Shown here one piece after another: positions 61,910 through 64,000 of a DNA stretch of 64,000 nt. Source of the DNA: Podarcis tiliguerta (taxonomy: Eukaryota); the NCBI GenBank assembly GCA_965153285.1, contig OZ229119.1; one strand, 5' to 3'. Under the pieces are notes generated by a model. The model worked only from the letters and a program-made list of their open reading frames with translations. It searched no databases and was not told where the DNA came from. The position numbers and the translations under genes were made by a program. The number at the start of each line of letters is the position of its first letter. Positions within the stretch are counted from its first letter, which is position 1.

Positions 61910-62330
61910 GTAGGCCACAAGAGTACTTTCACATGGAACCTGTGGGCTTCACACTGCCTTGTTGTGTGGGTGGCGGTGGTGAAGGAGCGAGGCCAAAATG
62001 TGACCCCCCCCGCCCTCATTTTGTCTTCCCAAATCTGGTTAAGCGAGGTGCTGGGCTTTGGGAAGGAGGTGTGAGGCTTTGGCAGGGTTCTAGAGCCCTC
62101 CCACCTCCTTTCCAAAGTGGGGAAAGTGCTAACTAGACTTTGGGAAGGAGGTGGGAGGACTCTAGAACCCTGCCAGAGTCTTCATGCTGCCTTCCCAAAG
62201 TTCAGTGCCTCGCTTACCTAGCTTTGGAAAGCCAGTGCGAGGGCTTGGGGGTGTCAGAGGTTGCCAAGGGCCACAGAAAAAGGCATTGAGGGCCACACGC
62301 AGCCCTCAGGCCACACGTTGGACTTCACTG
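61910..62330. mobile_element. hAT-like non-autonomous element with a large internal inverted repeat
   Basis: Subterminal ggccac repeats and a ...cactg end; internal inverted repeat at 62001-62256; left boundary uncertain. Confidence 0.5.
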
Positions 62331-62924
62331 ATCTAGAGTCTCAGGATGGAACAAATAAAACTGTTGAGCATAAAGTAAGTCTGAGATTTCAAAAACGATT
62401 TTGGACACTGAGATGACTGTGATTGCGTCATGAAACAGAAATAAGAAAATAAGTGCTGCAATGTTCTTCTTAAAAGGGGGGGAGTGGGATGTAATGTAGG
62501 TGGAAACCAATGTGTTCCATTAAGTGGGTGCAGGGAGGGGAGCCGTTCTACCTAAGAATTTCAACCTGGGAAGGCAGCTGTTGTGAGATCCTTTACATTA
62601 AGAGTTGAACAGCGTTAAGCTTATTCCACACTTTAGTCTTTGCAACAGCAAATATTACACCACCACCACCACCACCACCCCTTTTGATGAATGGGCACAG
62701 GAATCTCACAGTACACAGCAGGAGCTCCAGGAAAGATCCAAGATGGATTGGGAGAAAGGCTTCCCCATCTATGATGGGGGAAAGGAAGCCCTTTGCACAG
62801 TCCGCACGCATCCCTTTCTCTAGTTGTATCAGATGGGAAGGGGGAGAAGCACAGAAGTCCGCCCTTCCCTTTTTCCTGCACACCTCACCCCATGCTTCCC
62901 CTCTTTTTGACTGACTGTATAGGG

Positions 62925-63061
62925 CAGGAGTCAGCAACCCATGGCTCTCCAGATGCTGTTAGTTTGCAACTGCTGGCAGCCCCAGCCAGCGTGGCAATGA
63001 TCAGGGGTGATGGAAGTTGCAGCGCAGCCGCAACCTGAGGACTGCAGGTTCCTCACCCTTG
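62925..63061. mobile_element. Palindromic hAT-type MITE (older)
   Basis: CAGGAG...CCCTTG ends; 7/8 TSD gtataggg/gtgtaggg. Confidence 0.75.
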
Positions 63062-64000
63062 GTGTAGGGACATGCATACAGAGAAGGTTTTCTGTGCATG
63101 TGGCCTAAGTTCTGGCAGCATTGTCTACTGCCTGAATTTTTGCAAACGATAGGGACGTGGTGCATAGCCATGCTTCTTACATTAATTGTGATAGGAGGGC
63201 CAATCCACCCTTTTGAGATCCATTTCCTATGGGAGTGTGGTGGCTGTTTCTATGGAGCATTCATTCCTGCAACCCACACCTGCAGCCAAGCGTATGTTCA
63301 CATTAGGAAGGTCACAGCAAGATCACCTTCCCCTGCTGCATATAAAGTCACATTTGCATGGTGTTGTTCACATCAAATAATTCTGGGTAATGCAGAAGCT
63401 CCTGTGGTCATGCAGTGATTTACTCATGCCATTAAAAATGATTAGCTTGCCCTAATGGGCAAGATGTCTTCATCTGATGCTCAAGATCTTTTTGTTTTCC
63501 TCACCCCTGCAACACCCACCTCCAGAACTCCTATTCATAAAGCTATCATCTGCACATATGTGATGGCTGTCTCAAATGTTCACATTACCACTGATTCTAC
63601 ATCCAGCGAAGAGAAATACACATCAGTCCCTCCCCCCCCAAATTATAAAGGATCAATATGGATTGTGGCTAATGGAAATATGAGTGAGGCTTTAAAAGTT
63701 TGCAGTGGGAGTGCCCTGGATGTGGAGTTACCACTGAATGGCCTATTTGTCTAGGGAGGTTCTCATCTTGTTCAGTAGCTCAAGAAAACAAACAAAATAT
63801 CCACTGCAGTCTCCTTCAGTGTGTCAATGTGACATTGACATCTGCCACTAATTCTAATTTGTGTGACTCCCATATGGATTAACAACATTTGTCTTTTATG
63901 TTTTTATTACCAATATGTCAACTTTTAGGAGACAGCATAGCTGTGTCTAAGACTTCGATCTTAAGAGTACTTATTTGGAGATTTAGCTCTATGGAGTACT

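Noticed and set aside
63627-63646. PPxY viral late-domain motif (PPPPNY)
   Set aside because: Encoded by a poly-C run of a kind common throughout this window; not meaningful alone.
1-64000. A novel multi-gene or prokaryote-type system
   Set aside because: The window is explained by one vertebrate gene's 5' end plus transposon debris; there is no intact transposase, RT or operon-like ORF cluster.

Overview
Vertebrate genomic DNA, almost certainly a squamate. A lacertid lizard is likely, given Sauria SINEs, BovB 3' ends and a Squam-type tRNA-SINE. The only host gene is the 5' end of ATP2B1 (plasma-membrane Ca2+-ATPase PMCA1) on the minus strand. It comprises a CpG-island promoter with a non-coding exon 1 (~34140-33552), a 27.3-kb intron 1, and exon 2 (6279-5851) with 224 nt of 5'UTR and the first 68 codons; intron 2 runs off the left edge. 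The ~29 kb to the right of the promoter has no recognisable coding exon. The rest is a dense transposon landscape: Tc1/mariner-type MITEs (TA target-site duplications, TSDs), hAT MITEs (8-bp TSDs), Sauria and tRNA-derived SINEs, and L2, CR1, RTE and BovB fragments, some nested. I found no convincing novel multi-gene system. The best leads are regulatory: a uORF-rich ATP2B1 leader with a TGATG stop-start overlap, an RNA G-quadruplex (G4) and an alternative donor, a CLEAR/USF palindrome at the inferred TSS, a candidate divergent lncRNA and a candidate distal enhancer. Repeat-family names come from motif recognition, not from a database search.
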